From NCBI GenBank assembly GCA_001600815.1, contig BCKZ01000009.1, positions 793,502 to 830,281 on the forward strand: 36,780 nt of DNA. The letters are read 5' to 3'. The notes below the pieces were generated by a model. It was not told the origin of the DNA. It saw only the letters and a program-made list of their open reading frames with translations, and ran no database searches. The translations under genes were made by a program, and so were the position numbers. This DNA comes from Alloascoidea hylecoeti (Eukaryota). Below, in pieces: positions 1 to 11,600 of this stretch; positions within the stretch are counted from its first letter, which is position 1, and each line of letters starts with the position of its first letter.

Positions 1-117
1 AATGCAACTAAAGCTACTCAATCAGTTGCAATAAACACTGGGGGTGCTTTTAATCTAAAAGCTAATTCAGCAACTGCAATTGGTCTTGCAATTGGTCTTT
101 TAATGTCGCTATTCTAA
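1..117 (+). CDS. 3' end (partial) of a probable GPI-anchored cell-surface protein
   Basis: Frame 1 is open from base 1 to TAA at 115-117: NATKATQSVAINTGGAFNLKANSATAIGLAIGLLMSLF*. A small-residue omega region (NTGG) is followed by a spacer and a hydrophobic C-terminal tail, typical of a GPI-attachment signal. The rest of the gene lies outside the window. Confidence 0.7.
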   Translation, partial: NATKATQSVAINTGGAFNLKANSATAIGLAIGLLMSLF

Positions 118-1635
118 TGTCATTCTTCTAATGCTCTTTTAATGTCCTTTCTAATGTTTTCTTCTATTTATTAATTGATGTAACCTCTGATTCTTTAACT
201 TCTTTTTTTACTATATTGTTTTGAAAACCCGTAAGATGATCATGGTTGTTTTTATCATTTTCATTAACTTACTGTTACAATTGATCTTTTAATTTATTTT
301 CCAACTTCAAATTCATATACTTCAATCAATTGGCTTAATATTTAAGTCGACCAATTGTTTTTTTTTGTACTTCAAACGATCCATATTTGCAATTATACTG
401 TTTCAATGAACTCTTTTTTAAAAACTTCTTGTTTAACACATGATGTTACTTTTCTTTTTTCGGTTATATAGTTTAAATAGAAACTTCAATAGAATATTAT
501 GTTTTCCCATGTTATATAATACATTAAATATCAAATATATAGGTAACATTTCTATATATTATAAATTCAGTTATTCATAGCTGCAAATGAAAGATATATC
601 GATTATACATGTACTACACTTTGTAGATGGCCATGAAAAACGGTTCTATTTATTATAAGATCTTGAATGCATCCTTTAAATTTTCAATTATAATTAATTT
701 TTAACATGTCCAAACTCTGTAATAATATTTCTAGGAAAAGCCAATTCGTTCAGCTTGATTATGTTAGTGATCCATTTTCCGCTATAATTGTTACTGTTAC
801 AGCGAACGTAAGATTAAACAGGAAATCTTTACTAATTTCTAGTTTCCGTTTTTTCTCATATAGTACTGTATTTAGCTAGTGAGACATTAATATTATTAAT
901 ATTGTAATCTATGGAATTTTCCATACATGAATATTCTTTAAATTTTATCCATATAAACCCAACCCTGTTACTCCATGTTACCTCATAGGAATGACAAAGA
1001 GCATATTAATACCACATTACCAATCGCTACAGCTAAGAAGATGATTCATTGATGGCTTTAGGTATTACGAATGACGGTTTTAAAACTGATTATAGCTAAC
1101 TTTATTGCAACTTTCAGCTTTATTGTCATATTCCAGAGTGGCTGTAATTGCATGACATGACATATAATTAATTGATATTTATCCAATTTACATGCAGCAA
1201 TTGCAAATTCTAGATAAAAGGTTATAATAAATTTTAAGCTTTCAATTGACGAGAAATGAGAGAAAAATTCACATGTTTCTTGATATCAGCCATAAATCTG
1301 GAGAAAAAAAAGCCTTCGATTTTCACCTTTGATAGCGGTTAAGCCCTTTCTTCTGACACTCTCAAATATCTCGATTGAACAGTTGAGTTTACGGCGATAT
1401 CGATTATAGTATAGGATCTATGTATAACAGATGTTGATTGTGTCACAGGTTCACTTTAATACGAGTAAGTGCATATGTATCGTAGTCACTTTAGACCAGC
1501 CCTTTTTATAGCGAGCTCCAAATATTTCTTTAAAGCCTTTCCAAATTAGATACTGATGGTAACATCATGAAATATTTATATTGTGAGGTGAATCATATTT
1601 AATTATTATTAACTTAGGAGTTATTATATACAGTT

Positions 1636-3102
1636 ATGTCTTCAACAAATCATTTCTTTGATTTTCCTGTGGGGTCTATGATTAATCTCTCCTGCTTTGT
1701 TAAGGATGGAATAGAGGCGTACACACAAAGTGAACAGACATTATCGCCTATAAAAGATACCAAACTACCCATAGAGCCATGTAATGTTCTATTCTGTGCT
1801 GGATATAACTGTTCCTCGGATGTTATTGATGATCGACTACAAACAAGTAAATGCTATTTTGGTTTGGAAATATTCACTGGGAAATCACTTGAAAAGGAGA
1901 CTCAACTTTTCTTAAACTTAAATTTAGCAAAAAGTCAATTATGTCTATCAAGGAAAGGATTAAGAGATCCACCGTTAAAAAAGAGAAGAAAACTTGATAA
2001 TGATAATACGCCATTTTATAATTTTTTATCACACGGATCGTTTCCGAGTCAACTTTTAGAACCAGAATTTGGTGTTGGTGATTATGACTTTTGGCAACTA
2101 ACTGTCGACCTAAAATCCGGTGCCCTAACAAAAGTGAAACGTGATAAAGAAGAAAGGTTTCACCTTCATTCTCAGTTACGATATAAATGTTTTAATGGAT
2201 ACCATTCAATAAAACTAAGTGGTACAAATTTAAAATGGAGATTTGAAACCCAATTAGATCGGAGTACAGTGAGGATAGACAATGGAGAGCTATTTTGTGT
2301 TCGAAGAAACTCACAACAAACATTATTAGTACAAAGTTTTTCTCGATTAAACAAAAATAGTAGTTTGTACAATCAGCGGCATTATAGTAAAATGAATTGG
2401 GAAACAGAAGTACCAATGAATGAGGCTTACTATTCTTCTAAATGTCCCGATGGACCGATAGTCGTTTCATTCTCATACCCTTTTATGTTTATTGCAGTTA
2501 ATAATAAGATAATAATGATTAATCGAAATTCTGGATATCTACTAGGTATTGATGATAGAATTGCATCCGCAAGATTATCTATTATAAGCATGACGGCTTC
2601 AAGTACTAATATTTTTCTCTTAACAACGAAAGCCATAAAATTCATCAGTGTTAATGAATTAGCCGATCACTTAACAGAAGATTATGCCATCAATAAAGCA
2701 ACTAATGACCTAAAACAAATCAGTTTAAAAAATCCACCTTCAAATTCACAAAGTAATAGTAATGCTGTCTGGACTACATTGTTTTATTTAACAGACCTTA
2801 CAAATCAAGACATGACATATTATCCTCAATTTTATGTTGCTAGAGATGAAATATTATATATCACATTTACCAAAGATAATATTTCTAATAATTCAACTTT
2901 AGTACTTATTGATTTATCAACTTTCAAAGCTCAAGTGTATTCTATTCCAGTAAATAAAATCACTTGGCTTGTTGATACAAGTCGAAGAGTTTATGCATTA
3001 TCTAATGAATTTCTTCAGGATCTGGTAATGTCAAATACATTTTCAAAGGAAGATACGATATTCAGCTATAAACATACAGCAAGGGATAAGATTGACGAAT
3101 AA
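1636..3102 (+). CDS. Uncharacterised 488-aa protein, probably nuclear and beta-strand rich (possible beta-propeller)
   Basis: Long uninterrupted ORF in AT-rich DNA; SV40-type NLS PPLKKRRKL; many short hydrophobic strands (LKWRFET, MNWETEV, FMFIAVNNKIIMIN, ILYITF, LVLIDL). Family not recognised. Confidence 0.75.
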   Translation: MSSTNHFFDFPVGSMINLSCFVKDGIEAYTQSEQTLSPIKDTKLPIEPCNVLFCAGYNCSSDVIDDRLQTSKCYFGLEIFTGKSLEKETQLFLNLNLAKSQLCLSRKGLRDPPLKKRRKLDNDNTPFYNFLSHGSFPSQLLEPEFGVGDYDFWQLTVDLKSGALTKVKRDKEERFHLHSQLRYKCFNGYHSIKLSGTNLKWRFETQLDRSTVRIDNGELFCVRRNSQQTLLVQSFSRLNKNSSLYNQRHYSKMNWETEVPMNEAYYSSKCPDGPIVVSFSYPFMFIAVNNKIIMINRNSGYLLGIDDRIASARLSIISMTASSTNIFLLTTKAIKFISVNELADHLTEDYAINKATNDLKQISLKNPPSNSQSNSNAVWTTLFYLTDLTNQDMTYYPQFYVARDEILYITFTKDNISNNSTLVLIDLSTFKAQVYSIPVNKITWLVDTSRRVYALSNEFLQDLVMSNTFSKEDTIFSYKHTARDKIDE

Positions 3103-3870
3103 TAAAAAGAGGAAATATGAAATTACTATGCAACAAAGTTTTTTTTTGAATAATCTTCCCAAAATGCTTTTAAAGGAAATTAAGAAAATGAGTAAGCATC
3201 TACTCCCGTTTCTATCCGAAGAAGATAGAGTTTGCTTAAAAACCGCGTTTTTTTCTGATAGATGACTACAGGTATAGGTCCCTTCAAGTTTTTATTATGA
3301 CATCAATATCTTGTGGTATATCTATTATCATCTATCATTCGAATAGAGAAGTTGTGAAGGGTTTATCGAATAGCTGGTTCTGAATTTAATTTGGAAATCC
3401 TGTGACGAAGTTATTTATTAATTGCAAGGTAATTATTAAATCTCGTTTCCCGTAAGGAATGAGATTTTGTGTTCACACTTCACAGTTATCGTTACCTTCA
3501 AGATTGCGGTTGATATCATGATTAGCCGTGGTTGCAATCATAATTCCATTAAAAATCTCAGGGTTTGGATCAACGTTAAACATATTTGGATCTTGTAAAC
3601 GATTGGAATTCAACCAACAGCTACCTTAACCCCATTATTACACGGACAGCAATTGCAATAGTTTTCTACCAATTGTTTTATGATTATATTATATAAAAGA
3701 CATATAAAAATGTTCTGTTAAACAGGTCTAAAAGTTTATAAAATCTAAGAATGTATATCCAATGAAGAAATCAAATTAAAAAAAAGTATTTAACCATAGA
3801 TTGTGTATATTTATTAATACAAACTAATTATAAGTGTTGGTCACACGAGTATTATCCATGTGTGGAGAAA

Positions 3871-4818
3871 TCATGCAGCTGAGTCCCAGATCTTCTTAAA
3901 TCCAAGGGCACTGGTAATTAAACCGGCAAACGCAACGTAGGTCTCGTCAACACTAATATATTTTAGTCCAAAGCAGGGAAGAGTGGCATCAAGAGCGTCC
4001 CATACAAGTTGTTTCTTATGGGTATATTGTTCTTTCTTTAAAGCCTCAATCCTCGCCTCAAAATTATTGTTTGCCAATTGTTTTTCATCTGCAATCTGAA
4101 CTGCTTGTAAGGTTGACTCCAATGATTGATTTGTGGTTTGAAGTTTAATTGAGCTAATCACCAAATTGATTAGCAAACCATAAAGCCAAAATCTATTAGA
4201 ATTATCGGCAAATTTCTTTGAGGTAGCCTTTGAGGGTTTAATAACTCTAGATTTATCCAACTATTTATTTTGTGGGGAAGATGATTAGTATAAATCACAT
4301 GAAAATTCAATATTTTAAATAACTTACCCATATAGCTGAATCAAATGTCAAATAAATAGCATATGACACATTTCTTGTTATTCCTAACCATTTCAATAGA
4401 ATCTTCTTTGGATCCTTTTTATCAATTGTTTGCACGTAACTTTTTGTAGCAAGATGTAAATTCTCAACGGGCTTAAGGATTCTAAACAATTTTCGGGAAA
4501 CACTTAATTGGCCTTGAATGTTTTTTAGGAAAGCAATTGCACTACTGAAATCTTTTTGAAGTAATAGAGATAATATAACACCATATTTCGATGATAGTGA
4601 AACATTAAGAAATCGCGCAAAATATTGAATAGTCCTGAGTAATTTATCCCGTCCAGCTACAAGTTAAATGGCTGTTAGAGTCATAGAAAAAATAAGCAAT
4701 CTTCAAGAAAATGAGTGCCAATGTTTTGAACGGCACAATAAATTTATTAATACATACCTGTCTTTTCGAGAAATCTCGATAAATGGTTTAACTTGGCAGA
4801 AATACAAGCACTCGACAT
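3871..4818 (-). CDS. PEX11: Peroxin Pex11 (3 exons: 4818-4758, 4656-4328, 4260-3871; 259 aa)
   Basis: Spliced translation gives HLSRFLEKTAGRDKLLRTIQYFARFL...SRKLFRILKP...WDALDATLP...AGLITSALG, all Pex11 motifs. Intron 1 4757-4657 (GTATGT..CTAAC..TAG) and intron 2 4327-4261 (GTAAGT..TACTAAT..TAG) join in frame. Confidence 0.93.
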
Positions 4819-4910
4819 CCTTTAAAAGTTCTCTTTTTTTCTAGTTAAATGAGGATGGAGGAAAAAGTTGGATTCCATTCGTACCTTTTATATAAACAGC
4901 GTTTGTCCTT

Positions 4911-5003
4911 TTCCGTTTTCGGATGCAAGGATCGGACAACTGTTCGGATGCGTACGGATAACGGCCGAACTAGCATTCGACCCAAACATCCACACCACGT
5001 GAT
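4911..5003. promoter_or_regulatory. Bidirectional PEX11/NUS1-like promoter with a CGG-triplet cluster and CACGTG
   Basis: Repeated CGGA/CCG words (TTCGGATGC twice) at 4911-4970, CACGTG at 4996-5001, and TTTATATAAA near 4886, between two divergent ATGs 274 bp apart. Confidence 0.45.
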
Positions 5004-5092
5004 CGCAGAACTCAATCAAAATATTAGAAATCTATTTTTATTTCTCTACTTTCTTCTTCTACAAGTTTGGTTCCCACAACATCTTCTCTGCA

Positions 5093-6743
5093 ATGATCAA
5101 ATTTAATGAAGAAGAAGCCCAGAAAGGTATTGAAAACCTTAAGAAGACCGGAATTGAATCTTTGACATTAAGAGGAATTGATTTGAACAAAATTTTGATC
5201 CCTGGAACAAACCTATCTTCGTTATCTATAGATTCTATAAATTCCACCTACGATTCAGATAGTAGCGCCGATGAAAACTTATCAGAAGCAGTAAGACCTA
5301 GCAGATTGTTTTGGTTTCATGTTTTTCGCATTGTTTTGGCATTTATTCATTTTTTCATGTATCATTATGAGAGATTAAAAAGGGAATTCTCTCATAAAAG
5401 AACCTATATTATTAATTATTTAATGCCTCCTTTAAAACTTGGAAATGGAAATGAGGATGCAGATCTACAGTTTTTCCCTGCAAAGAAGACTTATTGGTAT
5501 CCTGCTACTAATGGTGAATACGATATCTTTCCAACTTTGAAACATTTCCCACACCATGTTGCGATTATATTTCAAAAGGAAGAACTAATTGTATCTCCAC
5601 CTCCACCAATTCCACAGGCTTATGTATCGGCAGATAAAAAATTGATCACTCCTTCAAATGCCAATATAATTAAAGCAAAGCTTCAACAATCATTATACAA
5701 AAGGAAATTGGCTCAGCATTCCAGATCAGAAAATAAGCTTATCCAATTTGCCGCTTTTCAAGCCATTTCTATATGTCTTTCAATCAAGGTAAAGAAATCA
5801 GAAAAATTGAGGGTCAATAGTATTAAACAAATCTCATTATACGAAAGAAGTGGTGAAAGTTGGACTAATGAAAAAGATTTATGTGAATTGATAGCCAAAG
5901 ATATAAAAGATGGCTATTTGGCAAAAAATCATCCCCTTCCGATTATTCGCATAATTAAACCATCTGAAAATTCAATTTGGTATATAAACTCTATCGGAAC
6001 TATAACTAAAGAAGATAAACAAGGAGCATTTGAAGGTTTTACTGTTGTTTTATTAAGTGAAAAAGATACCGCTGCATTATTGATATCTAAAATTTCCGAG
6101 TATAATAAATTGATAAAGACGGGAACTCTTGATCCTAAGGATTTAACTTCAGATTTTATATTTAATCAATTGGAAGGTAAACATACCTTTTATTTCAAAC
6201 TGATACCATAATTGTGTTTTCAATACCGAAGTTACTGACATGAATTTTAGATTATTATTATGGTAAACCAGATCTTATTTTGAGGGGACGATCGCCATAT
6301 ATTGATCTAGGTGGATATCCAAGTTATATGGCTGAAAACGCCGTTTTATGGTAAGCTTTAGTTTTTTTTATTTTCTTTTGATATTAATTAGTAAATTGTT
6401 TCTTTAACTTTCATTATTCAATAGCATCAATGATTTTGATAGAAACCCTGGAATACACTTTTTTGTATCTGCATTACATTACTATAATAGTGAATGCAAA
6501 TATGATTATAAAATCAAATTAAAGGCTAAAAAATTGAACTCAAAATTGGAGAAGAGATCTGGACCATCAAGTTTAAGCTCTGAAGATAATTTGAAGAAAA
6601 TATCAAGGAAAATTGAAAAAACCCCAGAAAATAATGATACATCTTCAGCGGTTAATACATTACCTGAGAGCTCCATTTGTTTTACAGAGACATCTATTAA
6701 TCTTCAGACTAAAAAGGAAGAAGAATCGATATCTACAAATTAG
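5093..6743 (+). CDS. NUS1: Divergent Nus1/NgBR-like cis-prenyltransferase subunit (3 exons: 5093-6176, 6251-6350, 6425-6743; about 500 aa)
   Basis: TM segment near aa 72-90, then LKHFPHHVAII, IKQISLYERSG, VVLLSEKD, DLTSDFIFNQL, and after splicing KPDLIL..IDLGGYP..FFVSALHYY. These are colinear with Nus1 (IPKRLAAIL, IKHLMLYDYDG, ISLLSNRD, EPDLLL..LDLQGFPPW, VFIRGLRQY). Introns 6177-6250 (GTAAAC..TACTGAC..TAG) and 6351-6424 (GTAAGC..TAG) join ORFs 5093 and 6534 in frame. Confidence 0.72.
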
Positions 6744-8654
6744 ACAGGGAGTCCTAAAACCGGATCCGTTCATAATATTACATCTGCTAATGAAAAAGAT
6801 CTAGTGTATATTTCTACCTCTTATGATTGAATTATTATCAATTTGTTATACCCTGATCTATCTATACCTTTAAATTCATATTGAATGTTTACATAAATGA
6901 ATATGCATTGTACTTGATCTTTCATCTTTGATACTTTTAGAAAGCTTATTATATAATATTCATTAATATAAATATAGTTTTTTAGAAAAACCCACCATAA
7001 TTTGTGGAAATAGTAGTATTATTGATATCCGAAGGATATAAGAAAGCCTCAAGAAGAATATTACACGCTGCGATCGCGTCAGGTGGTATACATTGCAAAG
7101 GACTATGTTGATGGTCATGGTAGATACACCATAGGGAAGAATAAAGAAGCATGTTTCACAAATAAGGCTCTTTTAAACCTATTTGATCAGCCATGCTAAC
7201 TATATAAAGTATACGTAGCAAGTATTATGAATGCTGTACCACTTGATGGCTTTCATATATGCATTCAAGATGAGAGTTAATCCGATATAAGAATTGCTCC
7301 GAAACAATAAATCACTTCTAGAAGCCGAAGTTAGGAATTAATAGGAACTAAAACCGGAATAGTAATATAATAATTGTAATCAATTATAGATCCGGGGATA
7401 GAAAACATCATGGGGTAATAGGAAAATGTAGGAAGACGAATATCATATCAATTATTATATTCCATTAAACAATATAATAGTCGTTATTAACAATACATGG
7501 CGTTGAATGTAATAATATAATTATTATTCGTGTAATTAATTTGACGGATTCGATCCAAGTTCTCGAAATCGACAAAATTCGAATTCGAAAGAGATGCACG
7601 TGCGATTATTTAATTCGCGAATTCGGTTTCTTTCAAAGAGTCTCTCCAATATTAATTGCAATGAGTGAACTAGATTTTCTTGGCCTGGAAGATGTTATTT
7701 AACTAAATCATGAATACAACACCAAGAGCATACGCGTCATATTTAATGAATCTCTATCAACCATCCCAACTGCAATCCCCATTACTAGTACTTATACATT
7801 GAAAAATGTAATAAATACCATACAGATGCAGATGTATTTATTTCCCCTCTTTTTCTACATGGTATTATATACACATAGCCTCCATTCTTGAACTCGATAT
7901 ACTTATAAATAGACGTAGATATCCTTTTTAATACAGCCATTGCACTTAATTTCGGCCGCATCATGACTAAATATACGCCCATGCAGCTTGCCAACTTTCG
8001 GCCCATTCTAACTAATAATTATCAAGGGCGGCTGAAATTTAGTCCAAAATACATGTATGGCCGGAATTAAGTGGAATGACTACATCATCACAAAACGTTA
8101 GCTTGTCGCTGTTTGAAGATACATATGGACCTACATCCTGCTCTAGATCTCCACAAATGAAGGATGATAATAAATATGATTTTATATGTATGTTATTTAC
8201 TTTTATAAGGCCTTATATAAGAAGTCAAAAAAAAAAAGTACAGAAATGTTATAAATATAAGAAACTACCATCATTATAAATAATAACCATCATCAAGATA
8301 GATAATATACTTAAAAATGAGACATACGCAACAAATAATTTTCTGATCAAGGTTAATCGAAGAAAATCAGGATGTATAATTATAAATAAATTGTGAGTAA
8401 TTCTGCCAAAAGAATATAGCGATGAAAAATGTAGCGATGCAAATTAATATTCTCTTTAAGAGATCGGGAGTAAATAAAAAAAAGGGCCAATAAATAATAA
8501 CTCCAGACTATAAATAAATTAATGATGAAAACAATCATATTGAAAAGGTAAAAAAAAAAAAGGAGAAATTCAATGAAATTGCAAATGCAATACAATTAAG
8601 ACAAAAGCAATTGAAATAAATAAAATAGCAAATATTATGTTAAACAATAGCAAA

Positions 8655-11600
8655 TTAAAAAAACAATTTCAAAAATTTGAAGACAAATAGAATTAGATTC
8701 TTCCATATTCTTAAAAATGATACAATAACCCAAATACACCATAAAGTAATAATTATGAAGTTTTCCAATGCCCAATAACCCAAACGAATAAGAACACCAT
8801 TTTGTTTATATATTAAATTTGATGGATGTAAATCATTTAATTTTTCTAATCGTTCATTTAATTTACCACATCGAAGATTTAAAGACATGTTAACTTCACC
8901 CATCAATCTTTCGGATTGAGATAATAGAGTATCCATTCGAGGAGTATAATCATTTATGAATTTATCTTTCACAATATCAAGTGATGTATTGGCTTCTTCA
9001 AGAATCGTATCATATTTGGGTATGAGAGTACTGCTAATATCATTATTATCATCGAATTGTTTTATTGAGGACTTCAAGGTATCCAATGTCGTATTAAAGA
9101 AATGATCAAATTCCTGAGGTTTTGATAATAAATTAAGAATTCCAACCTTTAAGACAGATTTAATATGTTGCAGTTGTGTGTAATAACGGTAAATTGCTAA
9201 AACGAACTCCTCTTCTTCTTGAGTTAAGGGTGATACAGATTTATTCTTAACACCAACAGCATTACCTACTCCCAACATTTCCTCATCCGAAGGAGCCGCA
9301 GATCCCATATTGCTATGATGATTACTTTTAATAGATTCAGTTTTACCATTAGGCAGCACACTCTGTATGCCATTACCAGTGGTCCCCGATATTTCCGTCA
9401 TATATACTCTTTCTTTACTACCAGCTAAGTTATTTGGGAGAACTTCTAGTTCTTTCTTCTTTTTAACAGAAACAATTGAAATATCTTTCATTGTTGATAG
9501 ATTCTCAAGTGAAGCTGGTGAAGAAATTCCAGAATTTGTCAATTGAAGTGGATTATGTTCGTAAATAGGTTTGAAACTAATCCCTAATTTATCATCTGTA
9601 TTTTCAATTACGCCAAGATTATTATCATGTTCTGCTTCATAACCGGTATCATCTTCATCTTCATTATCACTTTTAGATTTATCCTTTTTAAGTAATGCTT
9701 TTAAATTTAATATTTTTAAATCCTTTTCACTTTTCTTTACAATCTTAAAAGGGGATTTTGATCTTGATCTTCTTTGTTTAATATTATTATTATTAATATC
9801 ATCAACCTCATCATCACTATCTTCTTTATAAGCATTTTCATATTCAATAATAGCATCATTATAACTTCTGATTTTTAATGATGAAAAATTATCACTTTCA
9901 TTTTTAGATAAAACATTATTACCCCCTTCTTGTGGATCATCATTAGGAAACAATAAATTACCATTACGATCTTTCATCATTGATCTATAATATATCCTCC
10001 ATGATAAATCAGTTGCAGCTTCAAAAATATCAACTTCCCATAATAACTTCTCCTTTGGGTTTGTTGAAAAAACAGTAGATGGTAATGGTAATGGTTTAAA
10101 ACCTAGTACTTTTGTATATGGAATTTGAGAATTTTTTAAAACACTAGGAACAAAATATGTAACCGGAGAAGTAGAAGAAATATCACTATGATGGTCACCA
10201 TGGCGATCACCATGTCGATCACCATGATGATGATGTCCCGTTTCACTATTCCCATATAATGAAGGGTTTAGATAACCTGTCCGAACCTTTAACTCTCTAT
10301 TTCTTATTATTTGTAATGGATTATAAACACCATCAACACCAGGTTGTAATTTAGCAACAGAACCATTTGTAATTGATTTAAGGAGAGAAGGATCCGGTAA
10401 TTCTTGATATTGACCAATAGATATATAATGTAAACTAAGCATGCTTTTAATCTTCTCTACTCTAGCGATAGTAGCTGGTGATGGATGGAAATCTCTTGGT
10501 GGTAAGATAAATGGTTGTTTTGGAGATGGTGTTAAATTTGGATTTGCTTCTATTTGTCTAGATGATTCTTTTAAAAATTGTGATAGTCGAGTATCAGTTA
10601 AAGCAGATTGATCAGTTTTAGAATCTGAAAGAAGATTACGACGTGTTTCAAAAATAAGGGATGCAAATAAACTTATTTCATTTTGTAAATCTTTTGAAGA
10701 AGTTTGAGACGTTGGGGATAAAGGAGTTTGCTGTTGTGAAGAAGTTATATTTGATGATTTTATAGGTTCATCAGCATCATTAATATCATCTGCTGTTACT
10801 TTTGTAATCTTAAGAGTTTTATTTTTAACTGGTAAACTTGATGGTTGAAGAATCAATGGATTTATTTTCAACATTAAGTTGTTTTTGGTTTGAGGTGGTG
10901 ACAATTGAGGGGAAGGTTGAAGAAAATCAATACCAGTACTTGAAGATTCGGAATTTTTTCCCTCGCTAGTTTCACTAGTGCAGAATGGTGTATTAAGGTC
11001 GTTGAATGAATTTGAATCAACTTGAGTTATTTCACTAGATCCTGAATCATTAAAAATAGTTTGAGTAGGTACACGTAATTGTTGTAGGTCTGGATCCGGA
11101 TTTCCAAGAACAATTTCTATGGCATTATTATCATCATCATCAAAATCATATCCATGTGTGGTTAATGTTTCTTTTGAAGTAGTACCATCCGTAGAAATAA
11201 TGTCCTTATGTTCTTTTTGATTTTTAATATAGGTATTTAAATTATCTGTCTTTGGAACCTTTTTAGACGGGGTGATTATTAACTTTTCCTTTGTCTTAGA
11301 CTTTGTCTTAGACTTTGTCTTAGACTTTGGGTTGGCTAATGCCGTATTCTTAGAAGTAGAAGCAGTTGGCTGGGATTCTTCAGAAGGTAATGGAGTAGCT
11401 AAATCCGATGGCAATGATGGAGTTAAAGAAGGTTTCTCACTATCGAAAGATAAATCTACAAAATCGGTAATTTCTTTGCATAATTTATTCTGCTCCGATG
11501 TTAATGATATATCGGAATTAATTGAATTTGATAAAGATTGACTTGGAGTGACATCATTTTTGGTTGTAGGTTCATCATCCTTCATAATTGTGACTTCTGT

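Noticed and set aside
2..316. Minus-strand frame resembling a coiled-coil protein with only TAA/TAG stops (TAR=Gln or RIP-like pseudogene idea)
   Set aside because: Eight stops in 105 codons is about what AT-rich random sequence gives, and bases 1-117 are better explained by the + strand GPI-signal CDS. Genes in the window use TAA/TAG as true stops.
4849..5106. 85-aa ORF across the PEX11/NUS1-like spacer
   Set aside because: Overlaps promoter motifs, has no recognisable features and is probably a chance ORF.
6534..6804. Two short ORFs listed separately
   Set aside because: 6534-6743 is part of exon 3 of the NUS1-like gene; 6613-6804 is an overlapping alternative frame.
7785..8595. Three short ORFs (73, 67 and 71 aa)
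   Set aside because: No motifs, composition typical of AT-rich intergenic DNA; the hydrophobic one derives from T-rich sequence 3' of MTC4.
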